64,000 nt of DNA from Deltaproteobacteria bacterium (GCA_040218735.1 JAVJQW010000062.1:96001-160000); one strand, 5' to 3'. Positions 41,732-52,932 are shown, counted from the stretch's first letter. Notes: generated from the sequence alone by a model not told the origin. A program made the numbers and translations.

Positions 41732-43089
41732 GCGACGTGACGCTCCATGGCCTGCCCCAACCCGAGCGGGATCGTCCGACCCGTCACGCGATTCACCGCG
41801 CCGACCTCCGCGCCGGCGCGCGCGAGGCGCTTGGCGATCGAGCTGATCTCCGCCGCGTTCGCGACGTTCTCTTCGGACGGATCCGGATCCTCGGGGACGC
41901 GCAGCACCCGCTCAGCGACGGGTGTCTTCGTGGGCTCATCGACGACGCCGTCCGCCACGAGCACGACGCTGGTGTGCGCGGGGTGGCGAGCGATCGCGGC
42001 GGCGACGGTGTCGACCCACGCGCCGCCCACCGCGGGCACGAAGAGCACCGCGCGCGCCGGCTCGTCCTCGGAGGCGGCGGCGAGGAAGTGAGTGAGGCCG
42101 CCGCCGTGCCCGAGCTCGGCGTCGTTCGAATAGCGGCGGGAGTCGACGATCTGCGCGAGCGCTTCTTCGCGTGTGCTCGCGAGGCGCTCGCCGCCGTCGG
42201 CGCCGAACACCCAACGCTCACCGAGCAAGCCCCCCTCCACCGCGACGCGGGCGGCGGCGGCCGGCGCTTCATCCCCGCGCGCGGCGACGAGGTACGCGGC
42301 GACGCGCACCGCGGGGGCGATCGCGCGCTCGGGCGTGCGGACCATCAGCACCCGCGTCCGCGCGTAGACCTTCCACAGCGCGAGGCGAAGCGGATCCCCG
42401 GGGACGTAGCGACGCATGTCGACGCGGTCCCCTTCGAGCGCGCCGCGCGGGTGCGGACGGTCGTCGCCGCTCGCGAGCGAGCGGAGCAGCGGTGAGCGGC
42501 TCAGCGCGCCGACCCACGGGACGACGGTGACTTCGCGCGCCTCTTCGCGACGAAGCACGATTCGCGCGAGCCCGAAGCCGTCCTCGATGACGAAGCGCCG
42601 ACGGATCTGTTTGGCGTGGGTGCGCGCGGGGCTCTCGACGTTCTCGAGGATCGATCCCTCGACCCGCGCACTCGTGACGGTCATGGCCTCGGGGGTCTCC
42701 CAGACCCACTCGACCTCCAGCAGGGGGAACCAGCGGCGCGCCGGCATGGTGAGCGCGGTGGCAAATCCGCTGACCGCTTCGAAGTACAGCGGCGGCGCCT
42801 CGATGGGCTCGCGCTTCAGGGCGAGGTGCGTCAGCAACGCGCCGACGACGACCACGAGGAACGCGCCCGCGACGAGCGCGATCGCGACGGCCGCGACGAT
42901 CTGCACGGCGTAGTCCGCGCGCGGCAGCCCGAAGAAGAAGTACGCGACGAGCCCGGCGGCGAGGATCACCACGCCGAGGTTCGTCAGCACCAGCCACTCA
43001 CGGAATCGGCGCAGGCCTCGAAGCACGGAGGACATCGACTTCGATTCCGACTGTACCCCAACCACCTCTGTTTTCGCCCCCATGCCCAA
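41728..43089 (-). CDS. DUF58-domain protein
   Basis: MRRYVPGDPLRLALWKVYART..LMVR; 4-nt overlap with the transglutaminase gene; start uncertain. Confidence 0.88.
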   Translation of the reverse strand: MGMGAKTEVVGVQSESKSMSSVLRGLRRFREWLVLTNLGVVILAAGLVAYFFFGLPRADYAVQIVAAVAIALVAGAFLVVVVGALLTHLALKREPIEAPPLYFEAVSGFATALTMPARRWFPLLEVEWVWETPEAMTVTSARVEGSILENVESPARTHAKQIRRRFVIEDGFGLARIVLRREEAREVTVVPWVGALSRSPLLRSLASGDDRPHPRGALEGDRVDMRRYVPGDPLRLALWKVYARTRVLMVRTPERAIAPAVRVAAYLVAARGDEAPAAAARVAVEGGLLGERWVFGADGGERLASTREEALAQIVDSRRYSNDAELGHGGGLTHFLAAASEDEPARAVLFVPAVGGAWVDTVAAAIARHPAHTSVVLVADGVVDEPTKTPVAERVLRVPEDPDPSEENVANAAEISSIAKRLARAGAEVGAVNRVTGRTIPLGLGQAMERHVA

Positions 43090-43131
43090 GCGCCGGGCAT
43101 CCCACCGTTATTCCCGCTATCCTCCGGCGCC

Positions 43132-44943
43132 ATGACGCAGTCCTCGTCCGCGCTCGCGGCCTGCACCCTCGCGCTGGTGTTCGCGTGCGCGAGCGCCAAG
43201 CCCCCCTCCGCGTTCGACGGGCCGCCCCTGACCTCCGAGGCCGACCGCCGGATGGCGATGCTCGCGGAGCGTTTCCTCGACCGGTCGCTGGAGCTGGACC
43301 CCGTCGCGGCGTCGTACGTCGGGTACCACAAGTGGGACGGCCGGCTGCCCGACTACTCGGCGCGGGGGATCCGTAGCGCGATCCACACCCTCCAGTCGTT
43401 TGCGACGGAGCTGCGGCGGATCGACCGCTCGAAGCTGAGCCTCGCCTGGGCGATCGACCACGAGCTGATCCAGGCGCGCATCGAGGACGACCTGTTCGTG
43501 CTGCGCGAGCTGCGCCCGTTCGAGTGGAACGTGAACCTCTACAACGAGGAGATCGGGGCGGCGTTCTACTACCTGTCGATCCCCCCGAAGGACGCGGCCG
43601 AGGTCCCGGCGCGGCTCGACGCGATCGTCGCGCGCGCGAAGGCGCTCCCGCGGTTCGTCGCGGTGGCGAAGTCGAAGCTGGTCCGGCCGCCGAAGATCTT
43701 CACGCAGTTCGTCATCCAGCAGAACCCCGGGAACCGGAAGATGCTCGCCGAGGTCCTCCCGCCGCTCTTCGCGAAACACCCCGAGCACCGCGCGCGCTTC
43801 GAGGCGGTCCTCCCCGCGGCGCTCACGGCGCTCGATGACTTTCAGGCGTTCCTCGAGGGGCCCCTCCTCGAGCGCTCGGACGGCGACTACCGCCTCGGGC
43901 GTTCGCTCTGGGAGAAACATCTGCTGCACACGTTGGGCGCGCAGATGTCGAGCGACGACCTCTACCTCGCGGCGGAGCGCGGGCTCGAGCTGACGCGGCT
44001 GCACATGTACGACCTCGCGCTGCCGCTGTTCAACGAACGGTACCCCGACGACAAACGCTACCTGTCGATGGTCGGCGACGAGCGGATCAACCACGTCGTC
44101 GGTCGGGTGCTCGAGGCGGGCGCGAAAGAGCACGGGACGCCCGAGACGTTCTTCGCCGACGTGAAGAAGACGGCCGATTCGATCCGAGGTTGGTTGGAGG
44201 CTTCGAAGTTCATGCCGCTGCCGCCGAAGGACGACAACTTCGTCATCGAGCCCACGCCCGCGTTCCTCGACGGGCTCGCGGTCGCGTTCTTCAACCCGGC
44301 GCCGGCGTTCGACCCCGACGCGAAGAAGGCGTTCTGGATCAGCACGGTCCCGAGCTCGGGCGACGACAGCGAGAGTTACCTGCGCGAGTACAACAAGTAC
44401 GCGATGGAGGCGCTCACGATCCACGAGGCGCTCCCCGGGCACTACGTGCAGCTGTACTGGTCGAGCCGGAGCAAGAACGCGTCGGTGACGAAGCGCGTGT
44501 TGGAGAGCTCGACGATGGCGGAGGGCTGGGCGGTGATGGTCGAACAGCTCGTACACGAAGCCGGCTACCGTCAGGACCAGCCGCTCTCGATGCTGTTCTC
44601 GCTGAAGATGCGGCTGAGGATCTTCATCAACGCGATGATCGACGCGAAGCTGCACACGTCCGACGACGAGGGCGCGGAGGCCTTCGCGATGATGCTGATG
44701 ACGCAGAAGGGGTTTCAGGAGGAGGCGGAGGCGACCCGAAAGCTGCGACGCGCGCAGCTCACGGCGACGCAGCTGTCGACCTACTTCGTCGGCTACCGCG
44801 AGATGTTGGACCTGTATCGGCGCGCGGCGGCGAAGGGCGGCGACACGTTCGATCGGTCGGCGTTCCTCGCGCAGATGATCGGCTACGGTACGATCTACCC
44901 GAGGATCATCGAGCGCCTTCTTCAGCGAGACGGCTGGCTCTGA
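43132..44943 (+). CDS. DUF885-family lipoprotein (putative metallopeptidase)
   Basis: Start re-called at ATG 43132 (VFAC lipobox); HEALPGHYVQ, AEGWAV, QLSTYFVG. Confidence 0.92.
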   Translation: MTQSSSALAACTLALVFACASAKPPSAFDGPPLTSEADRRMAMLAERFLDRSLELDPVAASYVGYHKWDGRLPDYSARGIRSAIHTLQSFATELRRIDRSKLSLAWAIDHELIQARIEDDLFVLRELRPFEWNVNLYNEEIGAAFYYLSIPPKDAAEVPARLDAIVARAKALPRFVAVAKSKLVRPPKIFTQFVIQQNPGNRKMLAEVLPPLFAKHPEHRARFEAVLPAALTALDDFQAFLEGPLLERSDGDYRLGRSLWEKHLLHTLGAQMSSDDLYLAAERGLELTRLHMYDLALPLFNERYPDDKRYLSMVGDERINHVVGRVLEAGAKEHGTPETFFADVKKTADSIRGWLEASKFMPLPPKDDNFVIEPTPAFLDGLAVAFFNPAPAFDPDAKKAFWISTVPSSGDDSESYLREYNKYAMEALTIHEALPGHYVQLYWSSRSKNASVTKRVLESSTMAEGWAVMVEQLVHEAGYRQDQPLSMLFSLKMRLRIFINAMIDAKLHTSDDEGAEAFAMMLMTQKGFQEEAEATRKLRRAQLTATQLSTYFVGYREMLDLYRRAAAKGGDTFDRSAFLAQMIGYGTIYPRIIERLLQRDGWL

Positions 44944-46588
44944 AAGCGGTGCGCCGCTGCATCCGCGCGAAGGCGCTGTGGAGCGCCTCGCGGGAGATCG
45001 GCTTACCGACCACCATCTCGCCGCGCCGCTCCACGAAGGCGCGCGCGCGTGCGCTGGGGAGGCCGCCGGTCATGAACACGACGCGCGAGCTCAGGTGCGG
45101 CAGCTCGCTCTGTAGCGCCTCGAAGAACGCCGGACCGTCCATGCCGGGCATGATGACGTCGCAGAGGATGATGTCGAACTCCGGGTCGAGGCGGAGCCGC
45201 TCCAGCGCGACCTCACCGCTCGCCTCGGTGACGACCTCGTGGCTCCCCTGCAGGAGCCGAACGAGGCTCGAGCGAATGTCGCGCTCGTCGTCGATGATCA
45301 ACACACGCAGTCGACCGATCGGCACCGGGGTGTAGGGGCCCTCGACCGCATCCTCGGTCTGCACGTCCGGAAGCCACAGGCGGAACGCGCTCCCCTTGGG
45401 GCCCGTACTCTCGAGGGCGAGTGTGCCGCCGTGTTCGTGCGCGATACGCGCCGAGATGGACAGCCCGAGCCCCGTGCCCCGCCCTGCCGACTTGGTCGTG
45501 AAGAGCGACTCGAAGATGCGCGCGCGGTGGGCGTCGGGGATGCCGTTCCCGGTGTCGGTGACGGTGCAGTAGACACCGCCGTCGGCGACGCCGGTCTTGA
45601 TCGTGATGCGGTTGTCGTTGACGTTGCCCTCTTCGATCGCTTGGGCCGCGTTCGAGATGAGGTTGACGATGATCTGACCGATCGCCCCCGCGCGCATCGT
45701 CACGCGTCGCAGCGGCCCCTCTTCGAGCTCGAGCGTCGCGCGCCCTCGCACTTCCGGAGCCGTCATGGTGATCGCGGCACGGACGACCTCGTTGATGTCG
45801 GACGGTGCCGGCGCGCTGTTGCCGTCGACCCGCGTGAAGCGCACGAGGTCACCGACGATCGCGGCCACGCGTTGGATCGCTTCGCGGATCTGGATGCAGC
45901 CCTCTGTGAGGTCGTCCAAGTGCTCGCGTGGGTTCGTCTCCTGGAGGATCTTGTCGAGCGCGTCGTTGGACGATGCGGTCTCCTCCAACAGATCACACAG
46001 GGTGGTGAGGGCCTCCAGCGAGTAATCGCTCGCTTCGGCGTTGGCGAGCACGACCATCGACGGGTTGTTGATCTCGTGTGCGACCCCGGCGGAGAGCCGG
46101 CCGATCGCCGCCAGGCGATCCGCCTGCTCGAGCTGCTTGCGCTGCTCGATGGCCTCCGTGACGTCGCGCGCGACCACCGCGACGAGGTCGCGATTGCCGG
46201 CGGCGAATCGCTTCAAACGAATGTCGCAGACGAACGGGTCGCCGCCCTTTCGGTACGCGCGCACCTGCGGCACCCACGCCTCCCCCGCCTCACTCAGCAC
46301 GTCGTCGAACGAGATGGCGGGCTGGCGTTCGTCACCTGGTGCGAGGTCGCGGTCGGTCATCTGGAGCAGCTCCTCCAGCGAGTACGCAAACAGTGCGATG
46401 GCGGCGGCGTTGGCCTGGACGATCTTGTGGGTCTCGAGCTCGAGGACCAAGACCGCGTCGGGCACGGCCTCGAACAGAGCCTCGTAACTCGCCTCTCGTT
46501 CGGCGAGGCGGGACTCGAACCGCGACGCCTCCGTCTGGAGGCGCGTCATTTCGGTTTCGGCGCGCCGCAGTCTCTCTTCGAGATCCAA
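44906..46588 (-). CDS. Hybrid PAS histidine kinase with receiver domain
   Basis: AGVAHEINNP, NLISNA, GTGLGL, LIIDDE...ILCDVIMPGMDG. Confidence 0.93.
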   Translation of the reverse strand: MDLEERLRRAETEMTRLQTEASRFESRLAEREASYEALFEAVPDAVLVLELETHKIVQANAAAIALFAYSLEELLQMTDRDLAPGDERQPAISFDDVLSEAGEAWVPQVRAYRKGGDPFVCDIRLKRFAAGNRDLVAVVARDVTEAIEQRKQLEQADRLAAIGRLSAGVAHEINNPSMVVLANAEASDYSLEALTTLCDLLEETASSNDALDKILQETNPREHLDDLTEGCIQIREAIQRVAAIVGDLVRFTRVDGNSAPAPSDINEVVRAAITMTAPEVRGRATLELEEGPLRRVTMRAGAIGQIIVNLISNAAQAIEEGNVNDNRITIKTGVADGGVYCTVTDTGNGIPDAHRARIFESLFTTKSAGRGTGLGLSISARIAHEHGGTLALESTGPKGSAFRLWLPDVQTEDAVEGPYTPVPIGRLRVLIIDDERDIRSSLVRLLQGSHEVVTEASGEVALERLRLDPEFDIILCDVIMPGMDGPAFFEALQSELPHLSSRVVFMTGGLPSARARAFVERRGEMVVGKPISREALHSAFARMQRRTAFRASRLAEEGAR

Positions 46589-46628
46589 GCGGGTCTACGA
46601 TAACAGGACTAGCCCGCAGGCAAAAATT

Positions 46629-48470
<1,842 letters not shown>

Positions 48471-48474
48471 CGCG

Positions 48475-48519
48475 AAAAGAAAAAAGGCGCCGTGACCACG
48501 TCCTGTAGGTCACGGCGCC
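48475..48519 (-). terminator. Intrinsic terminator of the 48653-49804 transcript
   Basis: 12-bp stem ggcgccgtgacc/ggtcacggcgcc followed by a U tract on the - strand. Confidence 0.85.
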
Positions 48520-48640
48520 CAAGAGAAACACGAAGCGCGCGCGGGCAGCCACACACCACGAGTTTTGTTCGGACTTCCTGTCCGCGTCGCCCGGCGAGGC
48601 CTCCTGGCCCTGCGCGCGACGTCCCTCCTCCTGGAGGGGA
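48486..48640 (-). ncRNA. 3'-UTR array of four AGGA-loop hairpins (CsrB/Rsm-like CsrA-binding RNA candidate)
   Basis: CCCUCC-AGGA-GGAGGG; GGCC-AGGA-GGCC; CGGAC-AGGAA-GUCCG; terminator apex AC-AGGAC-GU. Confidence 0.6.
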
Positions 48641-48652
48641 TTGAAGCGTTGA

Positions 48653-49804
48653 TTAACGGCCGATCGACTGGATGATGTTCTTGGCCGTCTCGTTGTACTT
48701 GTCGATGATCTGCCGGAGCATGTCGAACATCTGCGAGCGCTTGTCGATGAGGCGCTTGAGCTTCATCGTCTCGACGTCGATGGACGGGCTGGAGCCACCC
48801 CCACCCTTGCCGCCGCCCTTACCGCCGCCTTTGCCGCCGCCCTTTCCACCACCGCTCTGCTGCTGCTGCAGATCGTTGATGTAGTTGGCCATCGCCTCGA
48901 TCTCCTTATCCATCTTCTTCATGATGGCCATGATCAGGAGCGTGACCTTGTCCTCGACGGTAAGGCTCGAGTCGTTGAGGATCGCGGACGTGTCGAGCCC
49001 GTGATCGTTCATGCCGAACGCGCCCTGCGCGGGGTGCGGCGCGCCGTTGCTGTGCGGGCCGCCGGTGTTCCAGTTCCCACCACCGTTCTGCGCGTTGCCC
49101 TGGCCGGGCAGACCGCGGAACCAGTCGGACAGGAGCGACTCGCCACCGATGCCGGAGCCGTTGCCGCTCCCGCTCACATTCCCGCCGCCGAGCAGGTTCG
49201 CGAGCGCGCCCATCATCACCGCGGGGAACGCCATGAACGGCGGCAGGCCCATGCCGGCCGCGGCCTGCGCGAACTGGTCGAGGAACTGCAGCGCCTGGTT
49301 GGTCGCCTGCGAGTGCTGGCCGCCGGCCGGCGCGTAGCCGCGCGGGAACGGGAGGACCGTCATGCGGCCGTCGTTGCGGCCGTCGGGGATGATGTGCCCG
49401 CCGAGCATCATCTCGACCTGCTGACGCGCAAAGGGGTCGTTCGCGAGGAGGCGCTCGAACTGACGCCCCTGCTGGCGGTTCATGATGCCCTCGAAGAAGC
49501 CCTGGCCGGGACGCGCACCAAAGTCGAACGACTGCGGCGGCGCGTACATGCCGGCGGCGGGGCTGCCGGAGTAGGCGTTCGGCGGAATCATCGCGCCCTG
49601 GGCGGGGATGCCTCCGGTCTGGAGGAGGTTCGCGAGCGCGTTGGCACCGAACGAGCCGGCGGCCATCATGAAGCTATCGCGCAGCCCCTGCATGAAGGCC
49701 GGGTTGCCCTGGAACTGCTGCAGCTGATCGAAGAAGCCGTCGACGTTGAAGCCGAGCGCGCGCAGCAGGTGGGAGCCGCCGAGTAGATTCGTGTTCCAGA
49801 CCAT
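48653..49804 (-). CDS. Gly/Gln/Met-rich protein with a C-terminal helical hairpin resembling T3SS filament/needle subunits
   Basis: Strong AAAGGAG RBS; no signal peptide; ...KLKRLIDKRSQMFDMLRQIIDKYNETAKNIIQSIGR*; (GGGK)4 loop. Confidence 0.8.
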   Translation of the reverse strand: MVWNTNLLGGSHLLRALGFNVDGFFDQLQQFQGNPAFMQGLRDSFMMAAGSFGANALANLLQTGGIPAQGAMIPPNAYSGSPAAGMYAPPQSFDFGARPGQGFFEGIMNRQQGRQFERLLANDPFARQQVEMMLGGHIIPDGRNDGRMTVLPFPRGYAPAGGQHSQATNQALQFLDQFAQAAAGMGLPPFMAFPAVMMGALANLLGGGNVSGSGNGSGIGGESLLSDWFRGLPGQGNAQNGGGNWNTGGPHSNGAPHPAQGAFGMNDHGLDTSAILNDSSLTVEDKVTLLIMAIMKKMDKEIEAMANYINDLQQQQSGGGKGGGKGGGKGGGKGGGGSSPSIDVETMKLKRLIDKRSQMFDMLRQIIDKYNETAKNIIQSIGR

Positions 49805-49824
49805 GAGTGTCTCCTTTGCCCTTT

Positions 49825-49848
49825 CGTCGCCCCATCCTGTGAGCGACG
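49825..49848 (-). promoter_or_regulatory. 5'-UTR hairpin with a CsrA-type loop
   Basis: CGUCGCUC-ACAGGAUG-GGGCGACG just upstream of the SD. Confidence 0.6.
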
Positions 49849-49859
49849 CCCCTCTCTAG

Positions 49860-49876
49860 AGCAGGCGCCGTGCCAA
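49860..49876 (-). promoter_or_regulatory. Sigma-54 (-24/-12) promoter
   Basis: TTGGCACGGCGCCTGCT versus consensus TGGCAC-N5-TTGCW. Confidence 0.8.
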
Positions 49877-49972
49877 CAGGCGGAGGGCCCATATCTCGGA
49901 TCGCGCGCCCTCCGTTCACTTGCAGTGCGCACCCGAACAGGTGCAACTCTGCCCACTGCACCCAACTCGTGT

Positions 49973-50800
49973 TCATCCGCGGTGGCGGGTGGAGCGGTCC
50001 TCGTAGTCGGCGCGCGCGGCGTGGTCGGCGTCCCGGAAGAGGCGGTCGACGCCCAGCTTGGCGGCGATGCCCTCCAGGACCCGGCGCGGGAGCAGCGAGG
50101 GCATGGCGGCGATCAAGCGCTGGCTCCTGGGGACGAAGACCTCGATGCGGCGGTTGCGCACCGCGTCGAGGATCGCCGCAGCGACCGCCTCGGGCTCGAC
50201 GGGCGGCGGCCACTGCAGGTCCTTCACCCCCGCGATCAGCTGGGTCCTCACCGGTATGGGGCAGACGTAGCCGAGGTGCACGCCCGTCGCGTCCAGCTCG
50301 AAGCGCACCGCCTCGGTGAGGGCGACGACCGCGTGTTTGGTCGCCGAGTAGACGGCGCCGTACGGGGTCGGGACCTTGCCGGCCATCGATGCCACGTTGA
50401 TCACCGCTCCGCGCCCGCGCCCCTTCATCCGGGGCAGCACGGCGCGCATCCCGTTGAGGACGCCGCGGACGTTCACATCGAGCATCCGTTCGTCGTGGTG
50501 CGCGGGCTGCTCCAAAAACGGGCCGATCGTCATGATCCCCGCGTTGTTGACGAGGACGTCGATCGGGCCGACGTGGGCCTCGACGTCCTCGACGCAGGCC
50601 TCGAACGCCGCCGCGTCGGTGACGTCCAGCCCGCGGACGGGGCTGCCCCCCAGCGCGGCGCCGGCCGCTTCGACCCGGTCACGGTCGCGGTCCGTGAGCA
50701 CGACCTTCGCCCCGGCGTCGACGAACGCGGCCGCCGTCGCCCGCCCAATCCCCTGCGCCGCCCCGGTCACGAGGACGACCTGTCCGCGCACATCCACCAC
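49973..50800 (-). CDS. SDR-family oxidoreductase
   Basis: TGAAQGIG, NNAGI, YSATK. Confidence 0.95.
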   Translation of the reverse strand: MVDVRGQVVLVTGAAQGIGRATAAAFVDAGAKVVLTDRDRDRVEAAGAALGGSPVRGLDVTDAAAFEACVEDVEAHVGPIDVLVNNAGIMTIGPFLEQPAHHDERMLDVNVRGVLNGMRAVLPRMKGRGRGAVINVASMAGKVPTPYGAVYSATKHAVVALTEAVRFELDATGVHLGYVCPIPVRTQLIAGVKDLQWPPPVEPEAVAAAILDAVRNRRIEVFVPRSQRLIAAMPSLLPRRVLEGIAAKLGVDRLFRDADHAARADYEDRSTRHRG

Positions 50801-50922
50801 CCGTCAGGCCTACCACGACGTGATCGCGCAAACGATGTCTCGCCCGGCGCGCCGGCTCGGTCCGTAGAAGGAGAGGAGAAGCGCCCCAGTTTGACTGGGA
50901 TTCTCCGCTGCGGGAGGCTTGG

Positions 50923-52932
50923 GTGAGGATGGCCGGGGAGCAAGGCACCGTACGCCAGATCGGGCGCTACGAGGTCATCCGCAAGATCGCGACCGGGGGC
51001 ATGGCCGAGCTGTTCCTGGCCCGGTTCGTCGGTCCGGGCGGGTTCGAGAAGCGGTGTGCGCTCAAGCGCATCCTGCCCCAGTTCGCCTCCGACCAGGTCT
51101 TCACGCGCATGTTCCTCAACGAGGCGCGCGTCACGGCGATGTTCGACCACCCCAACCTCGTCCAGATCTTCGAGCTGGGTCAGGACGAGCGAGGTCAGTT
51201 CTTCATCGCGATGGAGCTGGTGAACGGGATCAACCTTCGTCAGTTGCTGCACCTCACGCGCGAGCGACAGATCCCCATACCCCCGGAGCTCGCCGCCTTC
51301 ATGATGACGCAGGCGCTCGACGGGCTGGCGTATGCGCACGGTTTTCACGATCCGGACGGTCGTCCTCTGAACCTCGTCCACCGGGACATCAGCCCGCAGA
51401 ACATCCTCGTCTCCTACGAGGGTGCGGTGAAGCTGGTCGACTTCGGCATCGTGAAGGGCTCGTCGATCAGCGGCGAGACGCAAGCCGGCATGCTCAAGGG
51501 GAAGGTCACGTACATGTCGCCCGAGCAGGCCTCGGGGGAGCGCATGGACGGGCGCTCCGACCTGTTCTCCCTCGGCGTCTGTTTCTACGAGCTCATCGCG
51601 CAGGAGCGGCCCTTCGTGGCGGTCAACGAGCTGATGACGCTCAAGGCGATCCTCGAGAAGCCGCCGGTCGCCCTCACCCGCTACGTCCCCGACGTCCCCG
51701 AGGCGATCGAGCGCGCCATCTACCGCGCGCTCGAGAAGAACCCGGACGACCGGTACACCTCGGCCCGCGAGTTCCACCTGGAGCTCACCGCGATCCTGCG
51801 CGCCTGCCCCACGCCGATCGGGCGACACGTCGTCGCGGAGTTCCTGCAGAGCCTCACCGAAGCGAGCACCGTCCAGTTCGACGCGAGCCGCCTCCGCATC
51901 CCGCGGCGCGCGCGCACCGCGGGGTTCGGCCACTCGGCGACGGCGGCGGAGACGCCCATCCCTCCGGCGCCGCGGCCGATGCCCGTAGATCGCGCGCCGA
52001 CGATCCGCCCCGACCCCACGCCGACCCCCACCGGCGCGGGCGTCGCGCCGCTCACCTCGATCTCCACGGACCTGCGCGCGGCTGGCCTCGACCGACGCGT
52101 GACCCCGGCGATGTTGATCGTGTTCCTCGTCTCGGCCCTCACCGGCGCCGCGGTGGTGTGGGCCGCGATGCGGGAGCCGACGCCCGTGGTGGTGGAGGGC
52201 CTCCACGAGCCCTCGGACACCGTCCCGCCGATCGCCACGTCCGACCCGCCCGCGATCGCGGCGAACCTCGAGATAGCCGCGCCGCCGCCGGCCGAGGTCG
52301 CGACGGAGGCGGACGCGGGCGTCGCGCGCGACGCGGGCGTCGAGCCGGTCGAAGCCTCCCCGCCGCCGAAGTCGACGAAGCCGGAGAAAAAGAAACGCCG
52401 ACGCCGCAAGAAGCGGCGCACGCCGGTGGAGGAAGCGCCGCCTCCCCCGCCGCCGCCGGACCGCTCCCCGGGCGACGCGCCGCGCACGACGGTGACCCGC
52501 ATCGAGCCGCCCCCCGCGCCAAAAGCGCCGACGGGCTCCGTCCGCCTGACCTCGTCACCGTCCGGGCTGTTCGTCACGGAGGGCCGCAAGAAGCTCGGCA
52601 CGACGCCGCTCCGCCTGGACCTCGAGTCGGGTCGCCACCGCCTCGTCCTGTCGAGCCGAAGGCTCGGCATCCGGCGCGTCCTCAACCTCGACATCAACGC
52701 GAACACGACGACCACCGAGATCGTCACCATCCCCAAGGGATCGCTGAAGGTGATCTCCCGCCCCTGGGCCTGGGTTCACCACAACGGCACGAAGGTCGGC
52801 CGCACCCCCCTGACCTTCGAAGCCTACGAAGGCAAGCACGAGCTACGCCTGGTCGCGGAGACCGGCGAGGAGCAGTCCCGCGTCGTGCAGACGAAGGGCG
52901 ACGGCGAGCAGCTGGTGACGGTGAAGTTCTAG
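50923..52932 (+). CDS. Membrane Ser/Thr protein kinase with PEGA domains
   Basis: GGMAE, ALKR, HRDISPQN, DFG, KGKVTYMSPEQ; TM; two PEGA-like repeats. Confidence 0.95.
   Translation: MRMAGEQGTVRQIGRYEVIRKIATGGMAELFLARFVGPGGFEKRCALKRILPQFASDQVFTRMFLNEARVTAMFDHPNLVQIFELGQDERGQFFIAMELVNGINLRQLLHLTRERQIPIPPELAAFMMTQALDGLAYAHGFHDPDGRPLNLVHRDISPQNILVSYEGAVKLVDFGIVKGSSISGETQAGMLKGKVTYMSPEQASGERMDGRSDLFSLGVCFYELIAQERPFVAVNELMTLKAILEKPPVALTRYVPDVPEAIERAIYRALEKNPDDRYTSAREFHLELTAILRACPTPIGRHVVAEFLQSLTEASTVQFDASRLRIPRRARTAGFGHSATAAETPIPPAPRPMPVDRAPTIRPDPTPTPTGAGVAPLTSISTDLRAAGLDRRVTPAMLIVFLVSALTGAAVVWAAMREPTPVVVEGLHEPSDTVPPIATSDPPAIAANLEIAAPPPAEVATEADAGVARDAGVEPVEASPPPKSTKPEKKKRRRRKKRRTPVEEAPPPPPPPDRSPGDAPRTTVTRIEPPPAPKAPTGSVRLTSSPSGLFVTEGRKKLGTTPLRLDLESGRHRLVLSSRRLGIRRVLNLDINANTTTTEIVTIPKGSLKVISRPWAWVHHNGTKVGRTPLTFEAYEGKHELRLVAETGEEQSRVVQTKGDGEQLVTVKF

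Noticed and set aside
44906-44943. 38-nt overlap of convergent genes
   Set aside because: Short tail-to-tail overlaps are common in GC-rich genomes
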